Source of the DNA: Candidatus Aenigmatarchaeota archaeon
GTDB taxonomy: Archaea > Aenigmatarchaeota > Aenigmatarchaeia > CG10238-14
Length of the DNA: 64,000 nucleotides
Assembly (NCBI GenBank): GCA_026414305.1
Contig: JAOAJH010000001.1
Span: 101,543-165,542 of the forward strand
Reading direction: 5' to 3'
In this document: one piece after another, positions 27,688 through 36,657 of the stretch
Position numbering within the stretch: the stretch's first letter is position 1
Layout: each line of letters begins with the position of its first letter
Position numbers and translations under genes: made by a program
The notes under the pieces: generated by a model
The model's database searches: none
What the model was told of the DNA's origin: nothing
Seen by the model: the letters and a program-made list of their open reading frames with translations, nothing else

Positions 27688-28971
27688 TTATTTTTTTCTT
27701 AATATTTCGATTCCATTCATGAAAGGTCTCAACGCTTTTGGTATTTCAACACTACCGTCCTTTTGTTGATACTGTTCTATTATTGCTATAATAGTCCTGC
27801 TGGTCGCGATCGCAGTGTTGTTGAGTGTATGAACAAAATCCAATGGAGCTTGACCTTCTTTTTCTTTGTATTTTATGTTGAGCCTTCTTGCTTGATAGTC
27901 AGTGCAGTTTGAGTTAGACCCAACTTCCCTGAATTGATTGTCAGCCATCCAAACTTCAGTATCATATTTTTTTGCAGCTATTGCTCCAATGTCACCTGTG
28001 CATACATTGACAACCCTGTAATGCAATCCTAATTCCTGATATAATTCTTCAGAATTTTTTTGCAATTCTTCATGCAGTTGCCATGATTGTTCTGGCAAGC
28101 AGAAGATAAATTGCTCTATTTTGTGGAATTGATGAACTCTAAAAAGCCCTTTTGTGTATTTTCCGTGTGATCCAACTTCTTTTCTGAAGCAAGGACTTAT
28201 GCCTATCAGCTTTAAAGGCAGCTCTTTTTTAGTAAAGACCTCATCCATGAACATTGAGCCGATCGGATGCTCTGCTGTCGCTATCATGTACAAATCTTCA
28301 TCCTCTATTTTGTAAAGAACATCGTGGAAAGCATCTAAATCAGTAACTCCCATGTAAGCTTGCTTTCTGAGCATATAAGGCGGTTGTATTAGCTTATAAC
28401 CTTTTTTTCTTAATCTGTCAATAGCAAACATTTGCAGTGCATGATCAAGTAAAACTAGTTCTTCTTTCAAATAATAAAATCCATTTCCAGCAACCTTTGC
28501 AGCCCTTTCAATGTCGATTAATCCTAAATCTTGCAAAATTTCTAGATGGTTTTTTGGCTGGAAATTAAATTTCGGTTGCTTGCCTACAATTCTAACAACA
28601 ACATTCTCGCTGTCGTCCTTTCCATATGGAACAGATTCATGAAGCAGGTTTGGCAGACGCAAAAGATAGTATTGAACTTTTTCTTCATATTTAGCAAGCT
28701 CTTCTTCTAGTTTTTTAATCTCTTCTGGTATGTTTTTTACTTTTTTTATAATACTATCGACGGCTTCGCCTTTTTTCTTCAACTCAGCTATTTTTTCAGT
28801 CAATTCATTTCTTTGTTTTCTTAACTCATTCACTTTTGCAATTGCCTCTCTTCTTTTCTTGTCATATTTTAACAGTTCATCGACCCATTTCAACTTTTCA
28901 TTATCTTGTCTTCTTTTCAAATTTTCCTTTACCAGATCAGGATTTTCTCTTATGAGTTTTATGTCAAGCAT
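27688..28971 (-). CDS. serS: Seryl-tRNA synthetase
   Basis: MLDIKLIR, ATAEH, CFRKE.G, GLFRVHQF.K.E, SNCTDYQARRL, HTLN. Confidence 0.98.
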   Translation of the reverse strand: MLDIKLIRENPDLVKENLKRRQDNEKLKWVDELLKYDKKRREAIAKVNELRKQRNELTEKIAELKKKGEAVDSIIKKVKNIPEEIKKLEEELAKYEEKVQYYLLRLPNLLHESVPYGKDDSENVVVRIVGKQPKFNFQPKNHLEILQDLGLIDIERAAKVAGNGFYYLKEELVLLDHALQMFAIDRLRKKGYKLIQPPYMLRKQAYMGVTDLDAFHDVLYKIEDEDLYMIATAEHPIGSMFMDEVFTKKELPLKLIGISPCFRKEVGSHGKYTKGLFRVHQFHKIEQFIFCLPEQSWQLHEELQKNSEELYQELGLHYRVVNVCTGDIGAIAAKKYDTEVWMADNQFREVGSNSNCTDYQARRLNIKYKEKEGQAPLDFVHTLNNTAIATSRTIIAIIEQYQQKDGSVEIPKALRPFMNGIEILRKK

Positions 28972-29113
28972 AGTAAATATATTTGATAAAAAGAATTTAA
29001 TTATTCTGTTGATATGTTTATCGATAGTTTATGCTACTTTTCGAAGTGTTATAAAAAGATTAATAGCTTATTCAAATCGTAAATTTAATAATTTAATCTC
29101 CTTTTAATTAGTT

Positions 29114-31459
29114 ATGGAATTTACACCAAAATTAAAAGAAAAGCAATGGGACAAGTCTATTGAGCAGTTAATGTTCAAAAAATGGCAGGAAGAAAAACTT
29201 TACAAGTTCGACAAAAAAAGCAAAAAGCCTGTTTATAGCATAGACACACCACCGCCTTATGTCAATACGCCAATACACATAGGCCATGCTTATACTTATG
29301 TCTGGCAAGACATGATGGCTAGAAGCAGAAGAATGATGGGTTTTAATGTCCTTTTTCCGATAGGTCTAGATAAAAATGGCTTGCCTATAGAAGTCATGGC
29401 TGAAAAGGTTTTCAACATAAAAATGCATGAAACTCCTAGAGAAGAATTTATAAAAAAATGCAAAGAAATGCTTGAAAAGGCCGGAGATGCATCTCTAGAT
29501 TCTTTTAAAAAACTTGGGCTAAGCTGCAACAGCTGGAATGTTGAATATGATCTAGGCGGCAGATATGATACTGATGATCCTGAATATAGAAAGTTGACAC
29601 AAGAAACTTTCATAGAATTATGGAATAAAGGACTAATATATGAAGATGTAAAACCAACAAATTATTGCCCTATATGCAAGACAGCAATAGCAGATGCTGA
29701 AGTTGAGTATAAAGAAGGGAAGACTAAACTAAATTACATCCAGTTTAAAGTGAAAGAAACAAGAGAGAAGATAACAATAGCAACTACAAGGCCAGAATTG
29801 CTTTGCGCATGCAAGGTTATTTTGTTTAATCCTGATGATGATAGGTATAAGCATTTAAACGGCAAGCATGCAATAGTTCCTGTTTTTGATAAAGAAGTTG
29901 AAATAAAGGCACATCCATATGCAAAACAAGATTTTGGTTCTGGTTTGGTCATGATATGCAGTTTTGGAGATTATTCTGATGTAAGAATTTTGAGGGAGTT
30001 GAATATAGAGCCGACTTATAGTATTGACATAGATGGAAGGATGAATGAAAATGCTGGTTTTCTGAAAGGGATGAAAGTGGAAGAAGCCAGACAAACAATA
30101 ATAAAATATCTCAAAGATGAAGGATTATTAATCAAACAGGAAGAAATGGATCATAGAGAGCCTATATGCTGGCGATCAAAAAATCCAATAGAGTTTGTTC
30201 CATTAAAAGAGTTTTACCTTAAACAGGTTGATTTTCTTGACAAGCTCAGATCAGCTGCAGATAAAATGAATTTTTTTGCACCTGAAAGCAAGCAGATATT
30301 GATTGACTGGATAAATTCTGTTACAATAGATTGGGTTTTGTCAAGAAGAAGATTTTATGGTACAGAAGTTCCTTTGTGGTATTGCAAGAAATGCAATTAT
30401 ATATTTGTTCCTCAACCAGGAAAATATTATCAACCGTGGAAAGAAAAGCCTCCTATAAAAGAATGTCCTGAATGCGGCAGCAAGGAATTCAGAGGCGAGG
30501 AAAGAACGTTTGACACGTGGTTTGACTCATCATCATCAGAGGCTTATGTTTTAGGATATTTATGGGACAAGCAATTTTTCAAAAGCAATTTTCCATGTAG
30601 CATGAGGCCACAAGGTAAAGAAATAGTAAGAAACTGGCTTTATTACACTTTGCTTAAATCCATCCATCTTTACGGCAAGCCCCCATTCAAGGATTGCTGG
30701 ATACATATGCATGTTGTTGATGAAAAAGGAGAAAAGATGAGCAAGTCTCTTGGAAATGTCATAGATCCTCATGAAATACTTGAAAAGTACGGCGCCGAAG
30801 CATTCAGAATATGGTCTTGTTTAGAAGGCGACATAACTACAGGAGACATAAGATGCTCTTTTGCAAGAATTGAAGGCAATTCAAAATTCATCACAAAATT
30901 ATGGAATATAGCTAGATTTATTTCAATGTTCCCTGAAAGAAAAGCAGAACTTGTGGACACAGATAAATGGATATTAGACGAGCTAGGAAGACTAGTTGAC
31001 AGAGTGATCGACTGCTATAAAAATTATAAATTTAGCAACGCGGCCAATGAAATAAGAGAGTTTACTTGGAATGTTTTTGCTTCGCATTATTTAGAAATGG
31101 TCAAGGTAAGATCTTACGGACAAGGTTTTACAAAAAAAGAGCAGGAATCAGCATGGTATACAATGCATGTTGTGTTAAAAACATTGTTAAAACTGCTAGC
31201 ACCCATAATGCCGTTTATGACTGACTATGTGTGGAGGCAGATATACTCGGACAAAAGTATACATATTGAATCTATTCCAAAAAACGAGTGGGTGTTTGGG
31301 TTGCAGAGCTATACAGAAAAAATAACAGCATTCAATTCGGATGTGTGGAAAATGAAGAAAGACAAAGGTTACAGCTTGAAATCAGAAATAAATATAGAAA
31401 TACCAGAAGAATTAAAAATGTTTAGGAAAGATTTAATAAAGATGCACAATATTGTTTAA
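29114..31459 (+). CDS. valS: Valyl-tRNA synthetase (archaeal type)
   Basis: DTPPP, HIGH, ATTRPE, DWVLSRRR, DTWFDS, KMSKS. Confidence 0.95.
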   Translation: MEFTPKLKEKQWDKSIEQLMFKKWQEEKLYKFDKKSKKPVYSIDTPPPYVNTPIHIGHAYTYVWQDMMARSRRMMGFNVLFPIGLDKNGLPIEVMAEKVFNIKMHETPREEFIKKCKEMLEKAGDASLDSFKKLGLSCNSWNVEYDLGGRYDTDDPEYRKLTQETFIELWNKGLIYEDVKPTNYCPICKTAIADAEVEYKEGKTKLNYIQFKVKETREKITIATTRPELLCACKVILFNPDDDRYKHLNGKHAIVPVFDKEVEIKAHPYAKQDFGSGLVMICSFGDYSDVRILRELNIEPTYSIDIDGRMNENAGFLKGMKVEEARQTIIKYLKDEGLLIKQEEMDHREPICWRSKNPIEFVPLKEFYLKQVDFLDKLRSAADKMNFFAPESKQILIDWINSVTIDWVLSRRRFYGTEVPLWYCKKCNYIFVPQPGKYYQPWKEKPPIKECPECGSKEFRGEERTFDTWFDSSSSEAYVLGYLWDKQFFKSNFPCSMRPQGKEIVRNWLYYTLLKSIHLYGKPPFKDCWIHMHVVDEKGEKMSKSLGNVIDPHEILEKYGAEAFRIWSCLEGDITTGDIRCSFARIEGNSKFITKLWNIARFISMFPERKAELVDTDKWILDELGRLVDRVIDCYKNYKFSNAANEIREFTWNVFASHYLEMVKVRSYGQGFTKKEQESAWYTMHVVLKTLLKLLAPIMPFMTDYVWRQIYSDKSIHIESIPKNEWVFGLQSYTEKITAFNSDVWKMKKDKGYSLKSEINIEIPEELKMFRKDLIKMHNIV

Positions 31460-31466
31460 AGGGTGA

Positions 31467-32684
31467 ATTGTATTTAGCTCAAATGAAGAAGCAAAACTTA
31501 AGCTGAAAAAACTTCTAGACGAACTTGAAAAAATTAAAGGAAGACATACAGAGTTGATATCTGTTTACATTCCAAAAGGATTTAATTTGCAAGAAGTTTT
31601 GAACATGCTTAAACAAGAATATGCTGTTACACAGAATGTTAAATCAAGAGTCACAAGAAAGAACGTGCTTGATGCTTTAGAAAAGATAACAAACCACCTA
31701 CGCCAATTCAATCAAACACCGCCAAATGGTTTGGCTGTTTTTGCCGGCAATATATCTCAAGTTGAAGGTCAGAGTGATATACAAATTTGGTCCATAGAAC
31801 CACCTGAAGAATTGACTGTTAAAATGTATTGGTGTGATCAAACTTTTGCTTTAGAACCATTGAAAGACATGGTAAGAGAAAAAGAAATATATGGTTTGAT
31901 ATTAATTGACACATCAGGAACAGATGTTGGCTTGCTCATAGGCAAGAAAATAGTTTTGGAAAAGCATATAGACAGTTTAGTTCCAGGCAAGACAACCAAA
32001 GGTGGATGGAGCCAGCAAAGGTATGCGCGCATAAGGGAGGAAGCAAAGTTAGAGCATCTAAAGAAATCTGGAGAGGAAGCAAGCGAAATCTTTAAACAAT
32101 ACAAAGATCTTAAAGGCATAATTATAGGCGGTCCAGGTCCATTAAAAGACAAGTTTTTTGAAGGAGAATTTCTTGACTATACCTTGAGAAAAAAAATATT
32201 GGGTGTAGTTGACACAAGCTATCTCGGTATACAAGGTTTAGAGGAAGCAGTTCACAGAGGTGAAGAATTAATAAAAGAAGCAGCTGTTATAAAAGAGAGG
32301 CAGCTTATGCAAAAATTTTTCACACATATACAGAAAGACGATGGTTTAGCAGTTTACAAGCTAGAGGATATAATAAAGGCAATAGACTATGGTGCTGTTG
32401 AGACTTTGCTTGTTTCAGAATCTTTCAATTGGGTTAAATTCAATTTAACATGCCAATGTGGTGTCAAAATAGAAAAAGCAGGGAAAAGAGGCGATGTTTT
32501 CAAATGTCCAAACTGCGGAGCTGTTATGAACGCTGTTGATCACAAAGATCTTGCTGACATATTGGCAGAAAAAGTGAAAGAAATTGGTGGAAATGTTGAA
32601 ATAATATCAAAAGAGTCTAGAGAAGGCCAATCGCTTAAAGAAATCGGCGGAATTGGCGCTTTGTTAAGGTATAGACTGCAATAA
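31467..32684 (+). CDS. prf1: Peptide chain release factor aRF1 (start codon unresolved)
   Basis: GRHTELISVYIP, NVKS, YWCD, GGWSQQRY, GGPG, GGIGALLRY; frame is open from 31467, upstream of the track's TTG at 31554. Confidence 0.93.
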   Translation: MVFSSNEEAKLKLKKLLDELEKIKGRHTELISVYIPKGFNLQEVLNMLKQEYAVTQNVKSRVTRKNVLDALEKITNHLRQFNQTPPNGLAVFAGNISQVEGQSDIQIWSIEPPEELTVKMYWCDQTFALEPLKDMVREKEIYGLILIDTSGTDVGLLIGKKIVLEKHIDSLVPGKTTKGGWSQQRYARIREEAKLEHLKKSGEEASEIFKQYKDLKGIIIGGPGPLKDKFFEGEFLDYTLRKKILGVVDTSYLGIQGLEEAVHRGEELIKEAAVIKERQLMQKFFTHIQKDDGLAVYKLEDIIKAIDYGAVETLLVSESFNWVKFNLTCQCGVKIEKAGKRGDVFKCPNCGAVMNAVDHKDLADILAEKVKEIGGNVEIISKESREGQSLKEIGGIGALLRYRLQ

Positions 32685-32721
32685 TAATATATTTAAATTT
32701 AGCAAGAGATAATGTGATAAC

Positions 32722-33009
32722 ATGAAGGTCAAGATAATAAGTGATTATGAAAACAAGCTGTTAGAAAGAAGGGATTTGATAGTTGAAGTTGATCATGAAA
32801 ATCAACCAACTCCAAAAAAATCAGATTTAGAGCAGAAATTGGCAGATCATTTCAAAACAGAAAAAAACAAAGTAGACATAATTTACATATTTTCATTACC
32901 AGGCACGAACACGTCAAAAGTTAAACTGAAAATATTGAAAAAACCAAAGGAGGATAAAAATGAAGCACAAACCAATAAAAAGGTGGGAGACAATCAAAGT
33001 GCAGAATGA
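32722..33009 (+). CDS. rps24e: 30S ribosomal protein eS24
   Basis: NKLLERR, TP.K; precedes rps27ae. Confidence 0.88.
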   Translation: MKVKIISDYENKLLERRDLIVEVDHENQPTPKKSDLEQKLADHFKTEKNKVDIIYIFSLPGTNTSKVKLKILKKPKEDKNEAQTNKKVGDNQSAE

Positions 33010-33136
33010 AAAGTTGAACAGACAAAATCCAAACTGCCCAAGATGCGGTGAAGGAGTTTACATGGCTTTGCACAAGGAAAAATCAGGCAAGACAAGGCAA
33101 TATTGCGGCAAATGTCATTACACTGTTTGGCCTTAA
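32960..33136 (+). CDS. rps27ae: 30S ribosomal protein eS31 (S27ae) (not in ORF track)
   Basis: MKHKPIKRW...CPRCGEGVYMALH...RQYCGKCHYT; GGAGG SD. Confidence 0.93.
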   Translation: MKHKPIKRWETIKVQNEKLNRQNPNCPRCGEGVYMALHKEKSGKTRQYCGKCHYTVWP

Positions 33137-33921
33137 ACCATAATTAAAAATGTTTCTATAATTCCACCGATTATTAGCATTATTACTGCTATTGCAAACA
33201 ATATTATAGCATCTTTGAAAATCAATGAAAATTTTGAGTTTTTTCTTGCTACGGCTGCCGATATTAGTCCGCCGCCTATAGCTCCTATAAAATAAGCTGT
33301 TATTTCAAAGACACCATGCGGCAAAAATGTCATTATTGCTACAGGCAAACCATGCAATCCACCCAAAGATTTTGCAACCATGCCTATAGCAGTTGCCAGG
33401 ACAGAAGCATTCCATGACAACACTAGAATAGCCCCTGTGCCAATTAAAAATGACAAAAGAAATGATATAGATAAAACACCTATGTTGTTTGTGAAAATCT
33501 CAAAAAATTGGCTTTCAAAAGTGAACCTTCCTTGTATTATGTTTATCTCCCTTATTTGCTCGCTAAACATGTTTTGTGAAATTTCTTCTGGTAATATTAT
33601 ATAAGCCAAAGACATAGTAAGGGTCATGCCTATGAACATTGCCCCAAATGCTGAAATTATATCGCCATGCCTTTTGATAAAATTTTTTTCCAATCCATCA
33701 AACTCGGTTTCTTTTTCTTCTAGTATAAACATGGAATTTATAAATGAGACAAGAATAAGAGATGTTATAACTATTGTAAAAAGTCCTATGTTGCTTCTGA
33801 ATATAAAGTAAGAAATAAACAAAGAAACAGCGGTTGCAAAAAGAGTGAATATAAATATTGTAAAAGGATGCTTTCTATCAGTTTTTGCTCTTAAAAACCA
33901 TTCTAAAACCATTAAAATCAA
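33133..33921 (-). CDS. SpoIIM/DUF95 family membrane protein
   Basis: IFTNN, WNASV, LPHGVFEI, IET motifs. Confidence 0.85.
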   Translation of the reverse strand: MILMVLEWFLRAKTDRKHPFTIFIFTLFATAVSLFISYFIFRSNIGLFTIVITSLILVSFINSMFILEEKETEFDGLEKNFIKRHGDIISAFGAMFIGMTLTMSLAYIILPEEISQNMFSEQIREINIIQGRFTFESQFFEIFTNNIGVLSISFLLSFLIGTGAILVLSWNASVLATAIGMVAKSLGGLHGLPVAIMTFLPHGVFEITAYFIGAIGGGLISAAVARKNSKFSLIFKDAIILFAIAVIMLIIGGIIETFLIMV

Positions 33922-33960
33922 ATAATTAAATGTGAAAGCAAAATTAAATTTTATATTGTT

Positions 33961-34046
33961 GCTGAGGTGGCAGAATCTGGCTAATGCGCCGGTCTCGAAA
34001 ACCGGTGTCCCTTTGGGACGTTAGGGTTCAAATCCCTACCTCAGCG
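33961..34046 (+). tRNA. trnS: tRNA-Ser(CGA)
   Basis: GCTGAGG/CCTCAGC acceptor stem, CCGGT-CT-CGA-AA-ACCGG, long variable arm GTCCC-TTT-GGGAC. Confidence 0.96.
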
Positions 34047-34085
34047 TATCTTAATTTCTGCCAGAGAAGTCGAATAATTTTAAAA

Positions 34086-34205
34086 TGGGGCTGCAGGGAT
34101 TTGAACCCCGATGACCAGGTATCTTCTCATCATCTGGAAATCAACGCTCCATCGACATACCTTGATCTGGAGCCTGGCATAATGGCCTGGTTATATGACA
34201 GCCCC
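34086..34205 (-). tRNA. trnW: tRNA-Trp(CCA) with 46-nt intron at 37/38 (intron 34121-34166)
   Basis: GGGGCTG/CAGCCCC acceptor stem, CCAGG-CT-CCA-G|intron|A-CCTGG; relaxed BHB. Confidence 0.93.
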
Positions 34206-34252
34206 TTGAACAATATCTTTCTTTTTAAATATTATAAGTTAAAAAAGTTTTT

Positions 34253-35323
34253 ATGACCGATTATGATGTAATAGTCATAGGCGCTGGCCCTGCGGGATGT
34301 AAGACAGCCGAATTAATTGCTGAAAAAGGTTACAAAGTTCTTGTTGTAGAAGAGCATGATGAAATAGGTAAGCCAGTGCAATGCACAGGCATAGATAGCC
34401 ATAGAATACTCGAGCTAAGTGGAGTTAGCAATAAAATAATTTTAAACAAAGTTAACAAAGCTAGGTTTTATTCTGAAAATAAAAATTATCTTGAGTTAAA
34501 TTCAAAAAAGTGGGTTTATGTTATTGACAGACATAAATTGGATTTTGAAATTGCTAAGAATGCTATTAAAGCGGGTACGCATATAATAACTTCGACCAGA
34601 TTCAAATCAATGAATTATGAAAAAGATAAGTTGAAGATAATTACAACAAAAGGTACATATATATGTAAGATCCTTGTTGGTGCAGACGGGCCAAATTCGA
34701 CTGTTGCCAGAACTGCCAATATACCTTTGCCTAAAGATTATCTCATAGGTTATCAAGAAACCATAAGAGGCGATTTCTCTGATAACATAGTAGAGTTGTG
34801 GTTTGGTAAGAACATTTGCCCTGATTTTTTTGCATGGGTGGTGCCTGAAAGCGATAAATGGGCAAGAGTTGGATTGGCCAATAAAAATGATTCAATAAAC
34901 TATTTTAGAAAATTTTACAGCATGCGATTTGAGCAGGAGTTAAAGAAAAAAGATATTTTAGGCGGAATCATAAGATATGGATTAATAAAAGATTCTACTG
35001 CTGATAGAATTCTGCTAGTTGGTGATGCTGCCTCTCAAGTCAAACCATATTCAGGCGGCGGTATAATATATGGTTTAATCGGGGCAAGGTATGCTGCCAG
35101 TGCATGTATTGACGCACTTGAAAGTAAAAAGTTCAATCACGAATTTTTAAGAGAAGCATACGATAAAAAATGGAAGAAGAAATTAGCACCCGCAATAAAA
35201 AGAGGTTTGTTGCTTCACAGGTTGCTTCATTCTCCAAATTGGCTCTTGAATTTTGGAATAAATGTTTCAAAACCTTTTTCTGTACTTCTTGAAACTCTAG
35301 ACATGGACTTGCTATTCGACTAG
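34253..35323 (+). CDS. Geranylgeranyl reductase family FAD oxidoreductase
   Basis: GAGPAG, PVQCTG, GADG, FAWVVP, LVGDAASQVKP.SGGGI. Confidence 0.9.
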   Translation: MTDYDVIVIGAGPAGCKTAELIAEKGYKVLVVEEHDEIGKPVQCTGIDSHRILELSGVSNKIILNKVNKARFYSENKNYLELNSKKWVYVIDRHKLDFEIAKNAIKAGTHIITSTRFKSMNYEKDKLKIITTKGTYICKILVGADGPNSTVARTANIPLPKDYLIGYQETIRGDFSDNIVELWFGKNICPDFFAWVVPESDKWARVGLANKNDSINYFRKFYSMRFEQELKKKDILGGIIRYGLIKDSTADRILLVGDAASQVKPYSGGGIIYGLIGARYAASACIDALESKKFNHEFLREAYDKKWKKKLAPAIKRGLLLHRLLHSPNWLLNFGINVSKPFSVLLETLDMDLLFD

Positions 35324-35940
35324 TCGATAGTTGGAAGCATGTAATTTGGCTTTTCCTTTTTTATTAAAAGTGTTACTATGATTGTTGTTATGAAAAATAA
35401 AAAGAAGAAAATAAAAGAAAATATTTCAGAGCCGGCTGGATCCAACTTTTGTATTAAACAGTTGAAGAAAAACATGTTGCACACAAATTCAGGCATTTCG
35501 TAATTTACTGTGAATCTTAACAAAGTAGGTATAAGAGATATGACAACACCTGAGAATGAAAAAAAGTAAAAGTAAAGGATGCTTGGCGCGCCCCTTATTT
35601 TTTTGTTGTACAAGTACATTAACTCAAACAACATCAAGCTTATCGACATTCCACCTATAACATTGTTTAGCAATTTTGACATAAGTGCAAAATAGTATTC
35701 ATCCATCTCTTGTATGTAACAGTTGAAGAAAAAGATGTTGCACATTTGGCCAGAAAGGTTTATGCCTGCAAAAGAAATAATTGTAGGAAATATTGCAAAG
35801 AGACCACCCAGTATGCCTGTGAGATAAAGATATTTAAGTGGAGGTATTTGTTTTTTCTTTCGAGATATGAAGTATATTATTTCAAAGACTATTATGCAAA
35901 GAGCCATACCAACAAAAAAATTTGTGAAGACTCTAACCAT
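35320..35940 (-). CDS. Hypothetical multi-pass membrane protein with internal duplication
   Basis: About 6 hydrophobic segments; CNxFFFNCxIQxxD occurs twice. Confidence 0.7.
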   Translation of the reverse strand: MVRVFTNFFVGMALCIIVFEIIYFISRKKKQIPPLKYLYLTGILGGLFAIFPTIISFAGINLSGQMCNIFFFNCYIQEMDEYYFALMSKLLNNVIGGMSISLMLFELMYLYNKKIRGAPSILYFYFFSFSGVVISLIPTLLRFTVNYEMPEFVCNMFFFNCLIQKLDPAGSEIFSFIFFFLFFITTIIVTLLIKKEKPNYMLPTID

Positions 35941-35971
35941 AAATTAGAATTATATTTTTCGTAATTTAAAA

Positions 35972-35984
35972 AGCCTCGGATGGG
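35972..35984 (-). repeat. att site (copy of the tRNA-Thr 3' end)
   Basis: Identical to 44122-44134; GC-rich 13-mer in AT-rich DNA. Confidence 0.85.
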
Positions 35985-36179
35985 TGAAATTTAAATACTC
36001 TATGCCCTTTAAAGAAATATAATCAAATAGAAATTTAAAATTGACTATAATATTTATTGATTAGCATATTAAAAACAGTCTGCTATATTTTAATATTAAA
36101 AAACATTTGGTAATTTTTTAGTTTTTGGGAGGAATTTAAATAAATTTATAGATAGCGTACATAATTTTAAATAAGCACT

Positions 36180-36548
36180 ATGAATGATGAAAACACAAGA
36201 ATATATGAGTTGAAAGAAAAGGTTAGAAAGTTCTGCGAAGAAAGAGATTGGGACCAGTTTCATAAAGGTAAAGAACTTGTTATTGCTTTAGTGATTGAAA
36301 TAGGAGAATTGTTGGAACATTTTAGGTGGAAGTCAGAGCTAGAAATTGAAGGAATTCTTAAAGACAAGAAAAAGAGAGAAGAAATAGAGGATGAGGTTGC
36401 TGATATTTTTTATTTTCTTCTCAGATTTGCGCAAAAAAACAATATCGATTTATCAGAAGCACTCGAAAGAAAAATGAAGAAAAATGAAGAAAAATACCCT
36501 GTTAGTAAATTTAAGGGATTGAATAAAAAATATACGGAGGTGGTTTAA
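36180..36548 (+). CDS. MazG-like NTP pyrophosphohydrolase (RS21-C6/DCTPP1-like)
   Basis: FCEERDWDQFH, EIGELLEHFRW, DEVAD, KNEEKYP. Confidence 0.92.
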   Translation: MNDENTRIYELKEKVRKFCEERDWDQFHKGKELVIALVIEIGELLEHFRWKSELEIEGILKDKKKREEIEDEVADIFYFLLRFAQKNNIDLSEALERKMKKNEEKYPVSKFKGLNKKYTEVV

Positions 36549-36657
36549 ATTAATATATATTTATTGCCGATTGGGGGAAAACAAGCAAGAGATCATATGA
36601 ATGAAACTTTATTGAATTATGTTAAAATGAACAGGATAGCTCAATTTTTAAGCCAAA

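Noticed and set aside
33984-34256. 90-aa ORF in the track
   Set aside because: Overlaps tRNA-Ser and tRNA-Trp; spurious
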